Below are positions 37,815 through 46,009 of a stretch of 64,000 nt of DNA, piece after piece (within the stretch, counting starts at the first letter, position 1; each line of letters starts with the position of its first letter). Where the stretch lies: the IMG/VR virus record IMGVR_UViG_3300012157_000001, positions 96,001 through 160,000 of that record; one strand, 5' to 3'. The stretch is from a virus. Taxonomy: Duplodnaviria > Caudoviricetes. A model generated the notes under the pieces. That model did no database searches. It worked only from the letters and a program-made list of their open reading frames with translations, and was not told where the DNA came from. The position numbers were made by a program, and so were the translations under genes.

Positions 37815-38225
37815 TTACGTCGTCAGCCTGAACAAGGCGACAGCCATGTACGTCGGGCCGTCGCCGGCACCGGCGACGACCGTCTTGTGAACTACGCTCG
37901 GCGCCACACCGATCTCCGCCGCGAGCCGCTGCTTGACGTAAAAGAGTGCCTCGGCCGGGCTTCCTGCAACGGCCGCCACCGCCTGTAGGCTGGCGAGCGG
38001 TGCATTCGGTGTGTCCACCGACGTGCCGGTGACGAACCAGCCCTGCCACAGCAGCCCACTGCCGGCGCCGGCAATCTTGAAGTCGGCCATCCGTACTTCC
38101 CCTGCGGCAACGGCGGCTGCGATCTCGTTCGTGAGGCGGCTGACCATTTCATCGGCATCGCCAGCCTCGACGGCCCTGATGTTGAAAACAGGAGCCGGGG
38201 CGAAGGGAGCATTAAAGAGTGCCAT
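37815..38225 (-). CDS. paralog A of a three-gene tandem family
   Basis: FN.RAV.AGDA.EM.SRL.NE...AGAGSG..W...AVAG.P.EA.F...VAGA.DG..YMAVA. Confidence 0.75.
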   Translation of the reverse strand: MALFNAPFAPAPVFNIRAVEAGDADEMVSRLTNEIAAAVAAGEVRMADFKIAGAGSGLLWQGWFVTGTSVDTPNAPLASLQAVAAVAGSPAEALFYVKQRLAAEIGVAPSVVHKTVVAGAGDGPTYMAVALFRLTT

Positions 38226-38255
38226 TTCTGGGTTCCTACGCTTTCTGTACGCTGA

Positions 38256-38687
38256 TCAGCCGGGAGGTGGTTCTTCCGCTGCCGTGACGCCGAACATGGC
38301 GACGGCCATGTACGTCGGGCCATCTCCAGCTCCGGCGACCTCGACCTTGAAGACGGTGGAAGCAGTCGCGCCAATAGCAGCCGCCAGGCGTTGCTTCAGA
38401 TAGAACAGCGCCTCGTCGGGATTTCCGGCGACTGCTGCCACGAAGCGCGGAAAGTTCACGGCAAAGTCTGCTTCGAGCGGCGAACCGTCTCCCGTGACGA
38501 ACCACGCCTCCCACTCGGGTCCACTGCCCGCGCCCGCCAGCATGAAGTCGACGATTGCCTCTTCGCCGGCTGCGACTGCCGCGGCGACTTCATTCGTCAG
38601 CCGCGAGACCATTTCATCGGCGTCGCCAGCTTTGACAGCGCGCACGTTGAAGGCGCCCGGACCAAATTCCATTTCAATGAGAGCCAT
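38256..38687 (-). CDS. paralog B of a three-gene tandem family
   Basis: same motif set; RBS GGAAGGA. Confidence 0.75.
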   Translation of the reverse strand: MALIEMEFGPGAFNVRAVKAGDADEMVSRLTNEVAAAVAAGEEAIVDFMLAGAGSGPEWEAWFVTGDGSPLEADFAVNFPRFVAAVAGNPDEALFYLKQRLAAAIGATASTVFKVEVAGAGDGPTYMAVAMFGVTAAEEPPPG

Positions 38688-38729
38688 TTGCTTTCCTTCC
38701 TGCGATGGGGCCGGTGTGCCCGCTTCTCA

Positions 38730-39143
38730 CTATCCCTCTTCGGCGAGGTACACCGCTACGGCCATGTAGCTCCGGCCATCGGCCGCTCCGGCGACGACCA
38801 CCTTGAAAATGTTCTGCGGCGTGATCGGCGCCTCGTTCAGACGCTTCAGCAACAAGAACACCGCTTCGGTCGGGTTTCCCGCCACTGCCGCGGCAAAAAA
38901 GAGTTCCTGCAGCTCGATCGATACCGGCTCTGCTGCGGTGCTACCGGTGACCATCCATGACTGCCACTTGGGGCCGCTGCCGGCGCCGGCAATCTGAAAG
39001 TCTTCCAGCTGATCATCGCCGGCCGCAATCGCTGCAGCCGCTTCATTCGCCAGCCGACTCTCCATTTCGGCGGCATCGCCGGCCTCCACGGCTCGGAGAT
39101 TGAACGCTGGTGGAGCTCCGTACGACATACTGATGAGTGCCAT
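38730..39143 (-). CDS. paralog C of a three-gene tandem family
   Basis: same motif set; RBS AAGGAG. Confidence 0.75.
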   Translation of the reverse strand: MALISMSYGAPPAFNLRAVEAGDAAEMESRLANEAAAAIAAGDDQLEDFQIAGAGSGPKWQSWMVTGSTAAEPVSIELQELFFAAAVAGNPTEAVFLLLKRLNEAPITPQNIFKVVVAGAADGRSYMAVAVYLAEEG

Positions 39144-39153
39144 GTGTTCTCCT

Positions 39154-39738
39154 TCAAGCGACCTGCACGCTAACGGGCAGCAGAGAAAATCCGGACGGCT
39201 CCGGTAGGCGCAGTCCGCAGCGTGCGACGTCCTGCGGGACAGCAAGCTTTCTGCCTCCGGCGCACCACGCGGCGCTCGGAGAGAGCTCGGTCGCTGCGCG
39301 TAGTCCGCGCAGCGCGAGCCATGACGACGGATCGATTGGGGTCAACTTCAGCGAACCGTCGGCTAGGCGCGTGAGCTGCGCGACAGAAAGGTCGATGCTC
39401 ACGGCTTGTCCAAGCACCTTGCCCGCGGACACACGCTGCCCAGGCGTCAGGCCGGCCGTTGGAATCATGACGCCCGCGTAGGCGACGATCACTGGTTCGA
39501 CATTGCTCGTGATCTCGACGCGGCTCTCCGTCATTCGCGTCACGACGCCGCTCACGACTGAGTACACTGGCGACGGCGCGCCCGTCGCGCTCCTGATTCG
39601 TAGCGCCGGGGCACAGCTAGGTCCGCCCGCGCAGCTCGACACTTCGCCCATGTCGAACACGGCGCGCACCGGGCGCACCAGTGCTCGGTAGGCCGCGAGA
39701 GCGGCAACGCTGGTCCAGACGATTGCCCCGAGGGACAT
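39154..39738 (-). CDS. membrane-anchored M23/LytM-like fold, metal ligands absent
   Basis: PVYSVVSGVV, GQRVSAGKVLG, PIDPSSWL; no HxxxD or HxH. Confidence 0.5.
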   Translation of the reverse strand: MSLGAIVWTSVAALAAYRALVRPVRAVFDMGEVSSCAGGPSCAPALRIRSATGAPSPVYSVVSGVVTRMTESRVEITSNVEPVIVAYAGVMIPTAGLTPGQRVSAGKVLGQAVSIDLSVAQLTRLADGSLKLTPIDPSSWLALRGLRAATELSPSAAWCAGGRKLAVPQDVARCGLRLPEPSGFSLLPVSVQVA

Positions 39739-39789
39739 GCTTCCGAGGAGGCTAGCCGGCCTTCCCCGCGGCGCGCAAAAAGTTGGTAT

Positions 39790-40164
39790 TCAGTCGAGCC
39801 CGAGCCGGCGAAACAGCCGAATCACGCCCGGGTGTAGCGGCGCAGGAAGCCTTTGCACGGCAAACCAGCCCGCCGCCGTGTGCTCCGGATTCAGGCGCAC
39901 CCGAAATTCGGTCGGTACGTGGCCACCGAAGGTCCAGTAGACGAGCCCGGTCGGGTTTCGGGTGACGTCAATCGACGCTCGTTCGAGATTCACGTGGCCG
40001 CGATATCCCGTCTCCTCGGCGAGCTCCCGCAGTGCCGCGTACGGCGGTCCAGCATCGGTGTGTTCGACATGACCTCCTGGCAGCGCCCATGTGCCGTCGT
40101 CCGAACGCCGGAGCAGCAGAACGCGACCGGTTGGCGCGACGAGTAGAATGCCAGCGGCGTTCAC
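39790..40164 (-). CDS. NUDIX hydrolase
   Basis: WALPGGHVE......AALRELAEETG; LN.EH....WF....LP.PLHP. Confidence 0.88.
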   Translation of the reverse strand: MNAAGILLVAPTGRVLLLRRSDDGTWALPGGHVEHTDAGPPYAALRELAEETGYRGHVNLERASIDVTRNPTGLVYWTFGGHVPTEFRVRLNPEHTAAGWFAVQRLPAPLHPGVIRLFRRLGLD

Positions 40165-40186
40165 TCGCTCAGGTTATCACGGACCG

Positions 40187-40501
40187 TCAGTCTTCGTCTT
40201 CTCCGCTCGACTCGTCTTCGGCCTCGGACTCACCGTCACCGTCGCTTGGCGACGTCTCACCCATCAGCCGATCGAGCTCGGCGAGCTCCGCTGCGGTAGG
40301 CGTGCGCGACGTGACGATGTACGTGTCCGCCCCTTGAAACTCTCGCACGCAAATTCGGTATTCGGTATCGGGTTCGAGCGACTCCAACGCTTCCGTGATG
40401 TCTCCGGGCGGCTCATCGCAGCCGATGAGCAATGGGGCTCCGTCCGGTCCACCCAGTGAGCGTTCGAGCTCCTTCAGCCTTTTCATCGCGTCGTCGGACA
40501 T
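40187..40501 (-). CDS. acidic hypothetical protein
   Basis: ORF in the - strand run. Confidence 0.5.
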   Translation of the reverse strand: MSDDAMKRLKELERSLGGPDGAPLLIGCDEPPGDITEALESLEPDTEYRICVREFQGADTYIVTSRTPTAAELAELDRLMGETSPSDGDGESEAEDESSGEDED

Positions 40502-40543
40502 GGTTGCGGATGCTACCGCTGCTGTCGTGCCAGGAGCAAGACT

Positions 40544-40741
40544 TCACTCCACGCAGGCAAATACGCCGTCGAACGTGAACTTGTCCGCGGCGCACTTTGG
40601 ACATTCGCCCTGATGGGGCCAGGCCCAGTGTCGGCACGCCTTGCGTCCGGCTAGTGCATCGACCGCTGCCTCTCCGTCGCTGTAAGGCTTCAGGTCATCA
40701 GGCCTCTTCAGCGCTTCGCGCGCGTCACGCGGCAGCCCCAT
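40544..40741 (-). CDS. small Zn-finger protein (paralog of next)
   Basis: KPYSDGEAAVDALAGRKACRHWAWPHQGECPKCA. Confidence 0.6.
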   Translation of the reverse strand: MGLPRDAREALKRPDDLKPYSDGEAAVDALAGRKACRHWAWPHQGECPKCAADKFTFDGVFACVE

Positions 40742-41061
40742 CAGGGCTCCGAGCCAAAGATCTGCTTACATACCTTCACGGCGGCTTCACCGGCGCAAAG
40801 CGGGCAGATACCACCCTCGTGGGGCCACCGCCCGTGTCGGCACGGCTCCTTACCCGAGAGGGCGTCCACCGCCGCCTCCTGCTCGTCGTATGGTTTCTCG
40901 GGAGTGAAGGCTCGAACGATGGCATCGAGCACCGAACGCCTTGCCGGGGTTTTGCGTATGATGCGTCGTTGCCGCGGGCGCGACCGCCGCTTCGACGAAG
41001 CACTGTGCTTGACCTGACGCTTCCGGCGCTTCTTTGATGGCGAGACCGTCGCTCTCATCAT
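40741..41061 (-). CDS. basic Zn-finger protein
   Basis: KPYDEQEAAVDALSGKEPCRHGRWPHEGGICPLCA; Arg/Lys-rich N-terminus. Confidence 0.6.
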   Translation of the reverse strand: MMRATVSPSKKRRKRQVKHSASSKRRSRPRQRRIIRKTPARRSVLDAIVRAFTPEKPYDEQEAAVDALSGKEPCRHGRWPHEGGICPLCAGEAAVKVCKQIFGSEP

Positions 41062-41588
41062 CGGAGCCCCTGCGGCCTAGCCTTGCCGCGGTCGAACGTC
41101 TGGAGCTTGCACGGCCCACCGTACCCGATGCGCCGACCCGTGACACGCTCTGCGATGGCGTCCGCCATGTACTCGATGACGTCGTCGTCGCGCTTCTCCC
41201 AGTCCTTGAGCCACGTGATCCAGCGGTCGTCGTTTTCGAGCCCGTTGCGCTGGCGCCGCACTGCCGACCGGTTTTCCCCGAGCACGAATTCCCCCGGGTA
41301 CAGGAAGTCCGTCGCGTGCCCGAACTCGTGCGCGATGATCGCGGCCGTCGTCGGCTCCGGTAGCTCGACCATCTCGGGCGCCAGCATGATGACGGTGCCG
41401 TCTTCCCGTGCACCCGCGAAGTGCCGCGGGGAATCGTGCATCGCGGGCGCGACGTACAGCCGGACACGCTTTGTCTCCGCGAGGCCCGCTTCCACGAATC
41501 GCTCTTGCATCGCGATGAAGTACGGCTCCAGGATGGCGAACGCCTCGTCGAGCGTCACCGTCGTGGTCGTGTCGGCGCACGTGCTCAT
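41058..41588 (-). CDS. zincin-like metalloprotease
   Basis: AIIAHEFGH...E.MAD.IA. Confidence 0.65.
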   Translation of the reverse strand: MSTCADTTTTVTLDEAFAILEPYFIAMQERFVEAGLAETKRVRLYVAPAMHDSPRHFAGAREDGTVIMLAPEMVELPEPTTAAIIAHEFGHATDFLYPGEFVLGENRSAVRRQRNGLENDDRWITWLKDWEKRDDDVIEYMADAIAERVTGRRIGYGGPCKLQTFDRGKARPQGLR

Positions 41589-41606
41589 GCGCTCGATGCC
41601 TGGCGG

Positions 41607-42047
41607 CTACCTCGCGTACTGTCCGGCTCGCTGACGGAGCTGGGTGATCGCGTTCTGGACGTACGCCGCTGGCACGTGCCCAGCTTGCTGTCCGGCACGC
41701 AGATGACGGGACGCTTCGTCCGGCGTGAGCATGATGAGCGTATCGCGACGGCCGCACTGACAGCACCCGACGTTCGGGTGAAGCGCGCCGTGACGTGCAG
41801 AGTATGCCCACGGCCCACTGCCGGTCTGCGCATTGCCCGGCGGCGGCTGACCCTGCGACACGAAGATGAGCTCGTCCCAGGAGACTTCGATGTACTGGCG
41901 CTGACCGCACGTGTCGCAGCAAATCTCGAAGCGCGTGCAGTGCGGCTGGTAGCTCGATCGCGTGGCGTAGTGATCGTCCGCGCCGGCTCCGCCGAGTGCA
42001 CCGGTTCCAAACTGGGACAGGTCGATGTCGCTGAAGTCGTCAGCCAT
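41607..42047 (-). CDS. Zn-ribbon hypothetical protein
   Basis: CDTCG...CCQCG; RBS AAGGA. Confidence 0.6.
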   Translation of the reverse strand: MADDFSDIDLSQFGTGALGGAGADDHYATRSSYQPHCTRFEICCDTCGQRQYIEVSWDELIFVSQGQPPPGNAQTGSGPWAYSARHGALHPNVGCCQCGRRDTLIMLTPDEASRHLRAGQQAGHVPAAYVQNAITQLRQRAGQYAR

Positions 42048-42108
42048 GGTCCTGGGTATTCCTTTCGTCGCTCGGTCCCGGAGGATAGCCCAGGAGCACC
42101 CTGTTCGC

Positions 42109-42357
42109 CTACTTTTCGAGAACCAGGCTGCCAGAGCCGCCACCGGCAGCGGGGGGAGCGGACAGTTTCGTGGCCTTCCGTAGCGCCCGGATCATCTTAT
42201 CAAGCGCGCCGTTGGCCTCCTGCTCGACCTCGACCTGCGACTGCATTGCCCGGATGACCTTTGCCTTGATCGGCGCTCCTGAGGCCGAGCGCGTTGGCGT
42301 CGAGGCCGGCGGTGTCGACAGCGAAAACGTCACCTGCTTCCTTGGCCTCGGTACCAT
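42109..42357 (-). CDS. hypothetical protein
   Basis: overlaps the preceding membrane/coiled-coil gene. Confidence 0.45.
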   Translation of the reverse strand: MVPRPRKQVTFSLSTPPASTPTRSASGAPIKAKVIRAMQSQVEVEQEANGALDKMIRALRKATKLSAPPAAGGGSGSLVLEK

Positions 42358-42671
42358 GCTTCAATTGCTCCGGTTGCGTGGCCGACTTTCTCCGTGAGCG
42401 CCGTGACTGCGGCGCTCGTGTGAGAAGTATAGGTCGAGAATTCTTCGTCGGATACCGAGCGCGCGACCCGCTCTTCGAGGCGCTTTTGCGTGTCCTTGAT
42501 CTCCGCGACATCCTTCTGGATGTCGTCGAGCCGCTGTCGCAGGAGCGCGAGGCTCTCGTCCTCGGCGATGCCCTTTTTGATCTTCCCTGGCACCTTCGCG
42601 TAGCCCGCAAACCCGGCGACCGCTCCGGCTGCCGCGGCGCCGAGCAGCTTTGCAATTTCTTCGATCGCCAT
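42330..42671 (-). CDS. N-terminal TM + coiled-coil protein
   Basis: LLGAAAAGAVAGFAG then heptad repeats. Confidence 0.6.
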   Translation of the reverse strand: MAIEEIAKLLGAAAAGAVAGFAGYAKVPGKIKKGIAEDESLALLRQRLDDIQKDVAEIKDTQKRLEERVARSVSDEEFSTYTSHTSAAVTALTEKVGHATGAIEAWYRGQGSR

Positions 42672-42687
42672 AGTTTCGGAGCATCAC

Positions 42688-43635
42688 TCAGCTTGGGTTC
42701 GATCCAGCAAACACATAGATCCCCAAGTCGGGGAACGGCTTGTGGCTCGACCCCTCGGAGCCCGGGAATGCGGCAGTGCCATACAGGTTCGAGAATTCAA
42801 AATCGTCCGTGCTGAAGTCCCACAGCAGATGCCCATCGAGAACGTTATTCCGGAAGGCTAGAATGATCAGCTCGTCGCCCTTTGCTACCGTGAAGTATGG
42901 CCTGAACAGGGCCGTCGGCGCTGAGTTCGAGATCCTCGGATCAATGATGCCCTGCTGGAGGAAGCCGAGCGGCGTTACGCTCGTGCCTGGCGGCGTAGGA
43001 AATCCAGGAAACCCACCATTGAAATTGGGCGCGGCATTGGGCGGCAGCAGCGGCAGCCCTGATGTCGGAGGGAGCACCTCCAACAGATCACTCGGAACCG
43101 CGACTAGCTCCGTTCGCAGGTTGCCTCTGCCTGGTCCGGGCGTCGTATCGGCCGGCGGCGTTCCTGGGGTCGGCTCCGGCTGTTGATAAAGAACGGTTTC
43201 CGTAGCCGCCGGCAGCACGAACTGGTTCTCTGGATCTGTAGAAGTGCCAGCAAGGAACGAGTCCGGCGCGCCGAACGATTCTTTGGACAGGTGGTACGGC
43301 TTCTGTCGCCTTTGAAAGTCTCCGACGTTCCGGAGGCGCCAGACGAGCTCGTACTTGTAGTCGAGTATCGGCGGAGACCCCTCCTGGCTGGTGTCGCGAC
43401 CAACCACCGCTGGAAACCAAAGCTGCATCTTTGCTCCCATCGGCACCTGTAGGCCCTTCAGCAGGTACGGAGAGAAGCCCGGCTTGCCGGCATCCTCGTC
43501 GAGCACTCCAGGAAAAGCGATCGGGGTGAATATCGTTTGGCCCTGATAAACGAATTCGAACCCATCGAAGGGTCGCAGCACCGCAGCAAGGGTGAACTGC
43601 GCATCGGCAAGTACGTTCATGCTGGTCACTGTCAC
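42688..43635 (-). CDS. putative virion structural protein (Pro-rich, beta-rich)
   Basis: 315 aa, GTGA coupling; no family recognised. Confidence 0.6.
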   Translation of the reverse strand: MTVTSMNVLADAQFTLAAVLRPFDGFEFVYQGQTIFTPIAFPGVLDEDAGKPGFSPYLLKGLQVPMGAKMQLWFPAVVGRDTSQEGSPPILDYKYELVWRLRNVGDFQRRQKPYHLSKESFGAPDSFLAGTSTDPENQFVLPAATETVLYQQPEPTPGTPPADTTPGPGRGNLRTELVAVPSDLLEVLPPTSGLPLLPPNAAPNFNGGFPGFPTPPGTSVTPLGFLQQGIIDPRISNSAPTALFRPYFTVAKGDELIILAFRNNVLDGHLLWDFSTDDFEFSNLYGTAAFPGSEGSSHKPFPDLGIYVFAGSNPS

Positions 43636-44084
43636 TCTCCCGTTCGTTTTTCGTAAACGCGGTAACCGAGGTAGCCGCCGAGCAGTGCACCGAAAAGCGC
43701 GAGCGCTGCACTTGTGCCGGCCTCCTGCCGCACGACCGCGTCAGGATTGCGCCAATCCCTCGTCGCCCGCAACGTGTTTCGGGCGGCTCCGACGAGCAGC
43801 AGACCGGAGCCTGCGCCGATCGGTCCGCCGATCCAGAATCCGACGCCCGTACCCGTCACCGCGAGCAGCAGGCCTATCCCCGCGCCGCGGCGCGCGGCTT
43901 GATACTGCTGCTCCGGCGGTACGACCCCTCCGTGCTCGGTCAGTCCCGGAAGCGGCGGCGTCACCGGCAGCATCGTCGGCGCATTCATCATCGCCGACGG
44001 CGCGTGTGACCCTGAATCGGCGTCGGTGCCGTAGGCCGTCAGCGGGGAAGGCGCGGGTGCGTCCATGCCGTGCCCGGTCAGCAT
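43632..44084 (-). CDS. Gly-rich membrane protein
   Basis: GIGLLLAVTGTGVGFWIGGPIGAGSGLLLVG; ALALFGALLGGYLGY. Confidence 0.6.
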   Translation of the reverse strand: MLTGHGMDAPAPSPLTAYGTDADSGSHAPSAMMNAPTMLPVTPPLPGLTEHGGVVPPEQQYQAARRGAGIGLLLAVTGTGVGFWIGGPIGAGSGLLLVGAARNTLRATRDWRNPDAVVRQEAGTSAALALFGALLGGYLGYRVYEKRTGE

Positions 44085-44120
44085 ACCGAACCGGTCCGAC
44101 TTCGGAAAGTTTCGTGCCTG

Positions 44121-44516
44121 TTAGGCACGCGGAACCGACGGATCAACGGGCGTCGGTGGTTCCGGTTTTGGTCCCCGATCCGGCGTTGGGGGTACTTTCA
44201 TGAGCCCGGGAAGGGCCACATCTTTGCCGTCACGTATGGCCCCCACGATCGTTTCATGGCCTGCGATAGCGACGAAGCCGGACACGACGCCGCCGAGGAT
44301 CGCATCACGCCAAGGCGTGCCCGTCGAGGCCGCCTGCAGAACACCGCTCGCGATACCGAGCCCAATTGCGAGCAGTGGACGCCAGCGAGCTGGGACTGCG
44401 AACGGAGGAAACCGCGAGTCGGCCTTCATGAGCCGTACGAGCAGCCCAATAATCAGCGCGGCGAGTCCTACCCACTCATGCTTCGCGATCAAGTCGAGGA
44501 ACGGTTTCGGATCCAT
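44121..44516 (-). CDS. holin-like multi-TM protein
   Basis: three TM segments; near cell-wall enzymes. Confidence 0.55.
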   Translation of the reverse strand: MDPKPFLDLIAKHEWVGLAALIIGLLVRLMKADSRFPPFAVPARWRPLLAIGLGIASGVLQAASTGTPWRDAILGGVVSGFVAIAGHETIVGAIRDGKDVALPGLMKVPPTPDRGPKPEPPTPVDPSVPRA

Positions 44517-44605
44517 CCCCCCAACGTACCGAAAGTGCTAGCCGGTCAGCAACTTTTCGGTCTCGTACCGCACGTGCTTCCGGATCACCGCGACGATGCG
44601 TTGCA

Positions 44606-44791
44606 TCATGGATCGTTCTTGCTCGGCCGCTCCGGCCGCATCGCACAGAACGCGCACGCCGGATCGTCGCAGTCCGACTCCAGCCATCGGTCGCAGTCGA
44701 TGCAGGCGTAGGCGTCGTAGCGCTCGATCAAGAGCCCCGGGCCGTGCTCTGGACAGCTCGGATGACGCTTCGGGTGAGTCGACTTCTGCAA
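44606..44791 (-). CDS. small Cys-rich protein
   Basis: YDAYACIDCDRWLE..C.DP.C.FC..RP.RP. Confidence 0.55.
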   Translation of the reverse strand: MQKSTHPKRHPSCPEHGPGLLIERYDAYACIDCDRWLESDCDDPACAFCAMRPERPSKNDP

Positions 44792-44797
44792 CGGGGC

Positions 44798-45694
44798 TTA
44801 CTCGCGCACTAGCACGGACACTCCGACCTTGCCCTCCGCGTGGCGCTCGACGACGAGCGCGAACAGACGCCCGTCGACCGACTCTCGGCGCTCGTAGCCC
44901 GGAACGACGTCGGGCCGCCTGCCGATCTCGGCGACGATGCCGTCGGCTGCCGTCTTGATCGGATGTGGCACTTCATTGGGTGCCGCTCGCCGGAAGCCAG
45001 GGTGCTCTTTCTTCTCGTGATCGGGCCGCGAGGCCATCATGCGGACCCACCGATCCGCGCGCTCCCAGGAACGCTCTGCCGGCGTACACTTGCCGCCGCT
45101 ACCGTAGCTCGCGAGCATCCAAGCAACACGCCGACGGTCCGCACGCTGTCCAAAGTACACGCCGCACTGCTTCGCCTGAGCGACGACGACGCGCAGTCCG
45201 TATTGCGCGCAGAGGTGGACCGCGTCCTTGCCCTCCCCGACAAGCTTCTCCCAGACTTCCGGCGGTACGATACCAGAGGCATGCAGCTGCATGCCACACC
45301 GCGCGAGGCCGTGGTCCTGATTCCAGATCGGGTGCTCTTCGCCCGCCTGAATGCGACGATCGAATAACGTCTCGCCCTGCCAAATCACTCCGCCCGCGGC
45401 GGCGAGCTCGGTCAGCGACCAGCCCTTACCGTCGGCGAACTGTCGAGCTTCATGCACCAGCGCGACCGAGATCTCTTGTACCCTAGCCTCGAATTCTTCC
45501 CGTGTTTCGCCCGGCGCTCGGGACTTCGGCAGCTTGAGCAGCTCAGTCGTGAGCCACTCGGACACGACGCGATCGGAAATCGCGTGGGCGTCCCCCGGAC
45601 TCAAGACGGCGACAAGCAGAACTGCGGCGACTGCCGCGACCCTCGTGTTCAAGCGAGCGCCCCCATACGCTCGCACCCAGTGTGCGATGAACAT
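44798..45694 (-). CDS. secreted lytic-transglycosylase (SLT)-like protein
   Basis: signal ending AHA; WQGETLF...DHGLARCGMQLH; LASYGSG resembling SLT motifs I-III. Confidence 0.55.
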   Translation of the reverse strand: MFIAHWVRAYGGARLNTRVAAVAAVLLVAVLSPGDAHAISDRVVSEWLTTELLKLPKSRAPGETREEFEARVQEISVALVHEARQFADGKGWSLTELAAAGGVIWQGETLFDRRIQAGEEHPIWNQDHGLARCGMQLHASGIVPPEVWEKLVGEGKDAVHLCAQYGLRVVVAQAKQCGVYFGQRADRRRVAWMLASYGSGGKCTPAERSWERADRWVRMMASRPDHEKKEHPGFRRAAPNEVPHPIKTAADGIVAEIGRRPDVVPGYERRESVDGRLFALVVERHAEGKVGVSVLVRE

Positions 45695-45704
45695 GTGGCG
45701 GACC

Positions 45705-46001
45705 CTACCGAGGGGCCGCCGGTCCGTCAACTTCTCCGACGTACTCGAACCGTTGCGCGTACTTCGGTTCGAACGGCAGGTTTCGGGAATCGAGCATGCC
45801 ACGATTCAGATTCACTTCGTCGAGCCATCCGTCCGGATCGCCTGGCGTTCCTCGCATGGGTCGTACCGTGACGCCGCCCTGTTCGTGGCACACGTACACG
45901 ACCTGTTTCGCGCGTGTCTCGTGGTGCTCCGCAACGAACAGCACGGTGTACAAACCGCCCTTGTAGTGACGATACTGTCCTGGCCTTACTTCTTCCTTCA
46001 C
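45705..46001 (-). CDS. DUF1653 family protein
   Basis: GQYRHYKGGLYTV..VA.H.ET....VVY.......VRP...RF. Confidence 0.85.
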   Translation of the reverse strand: MKEEVRPGQYRHYKGGLYTVLFVAEHHETRAKQVVYVCHEQGGVTVRPMRGTPGDPDGWLDEVNLNRGMLDSRNLPFEPKYAQRFEYVGEVDGPAAPR

Positions 46002-46009
46002 TTGCGCTC

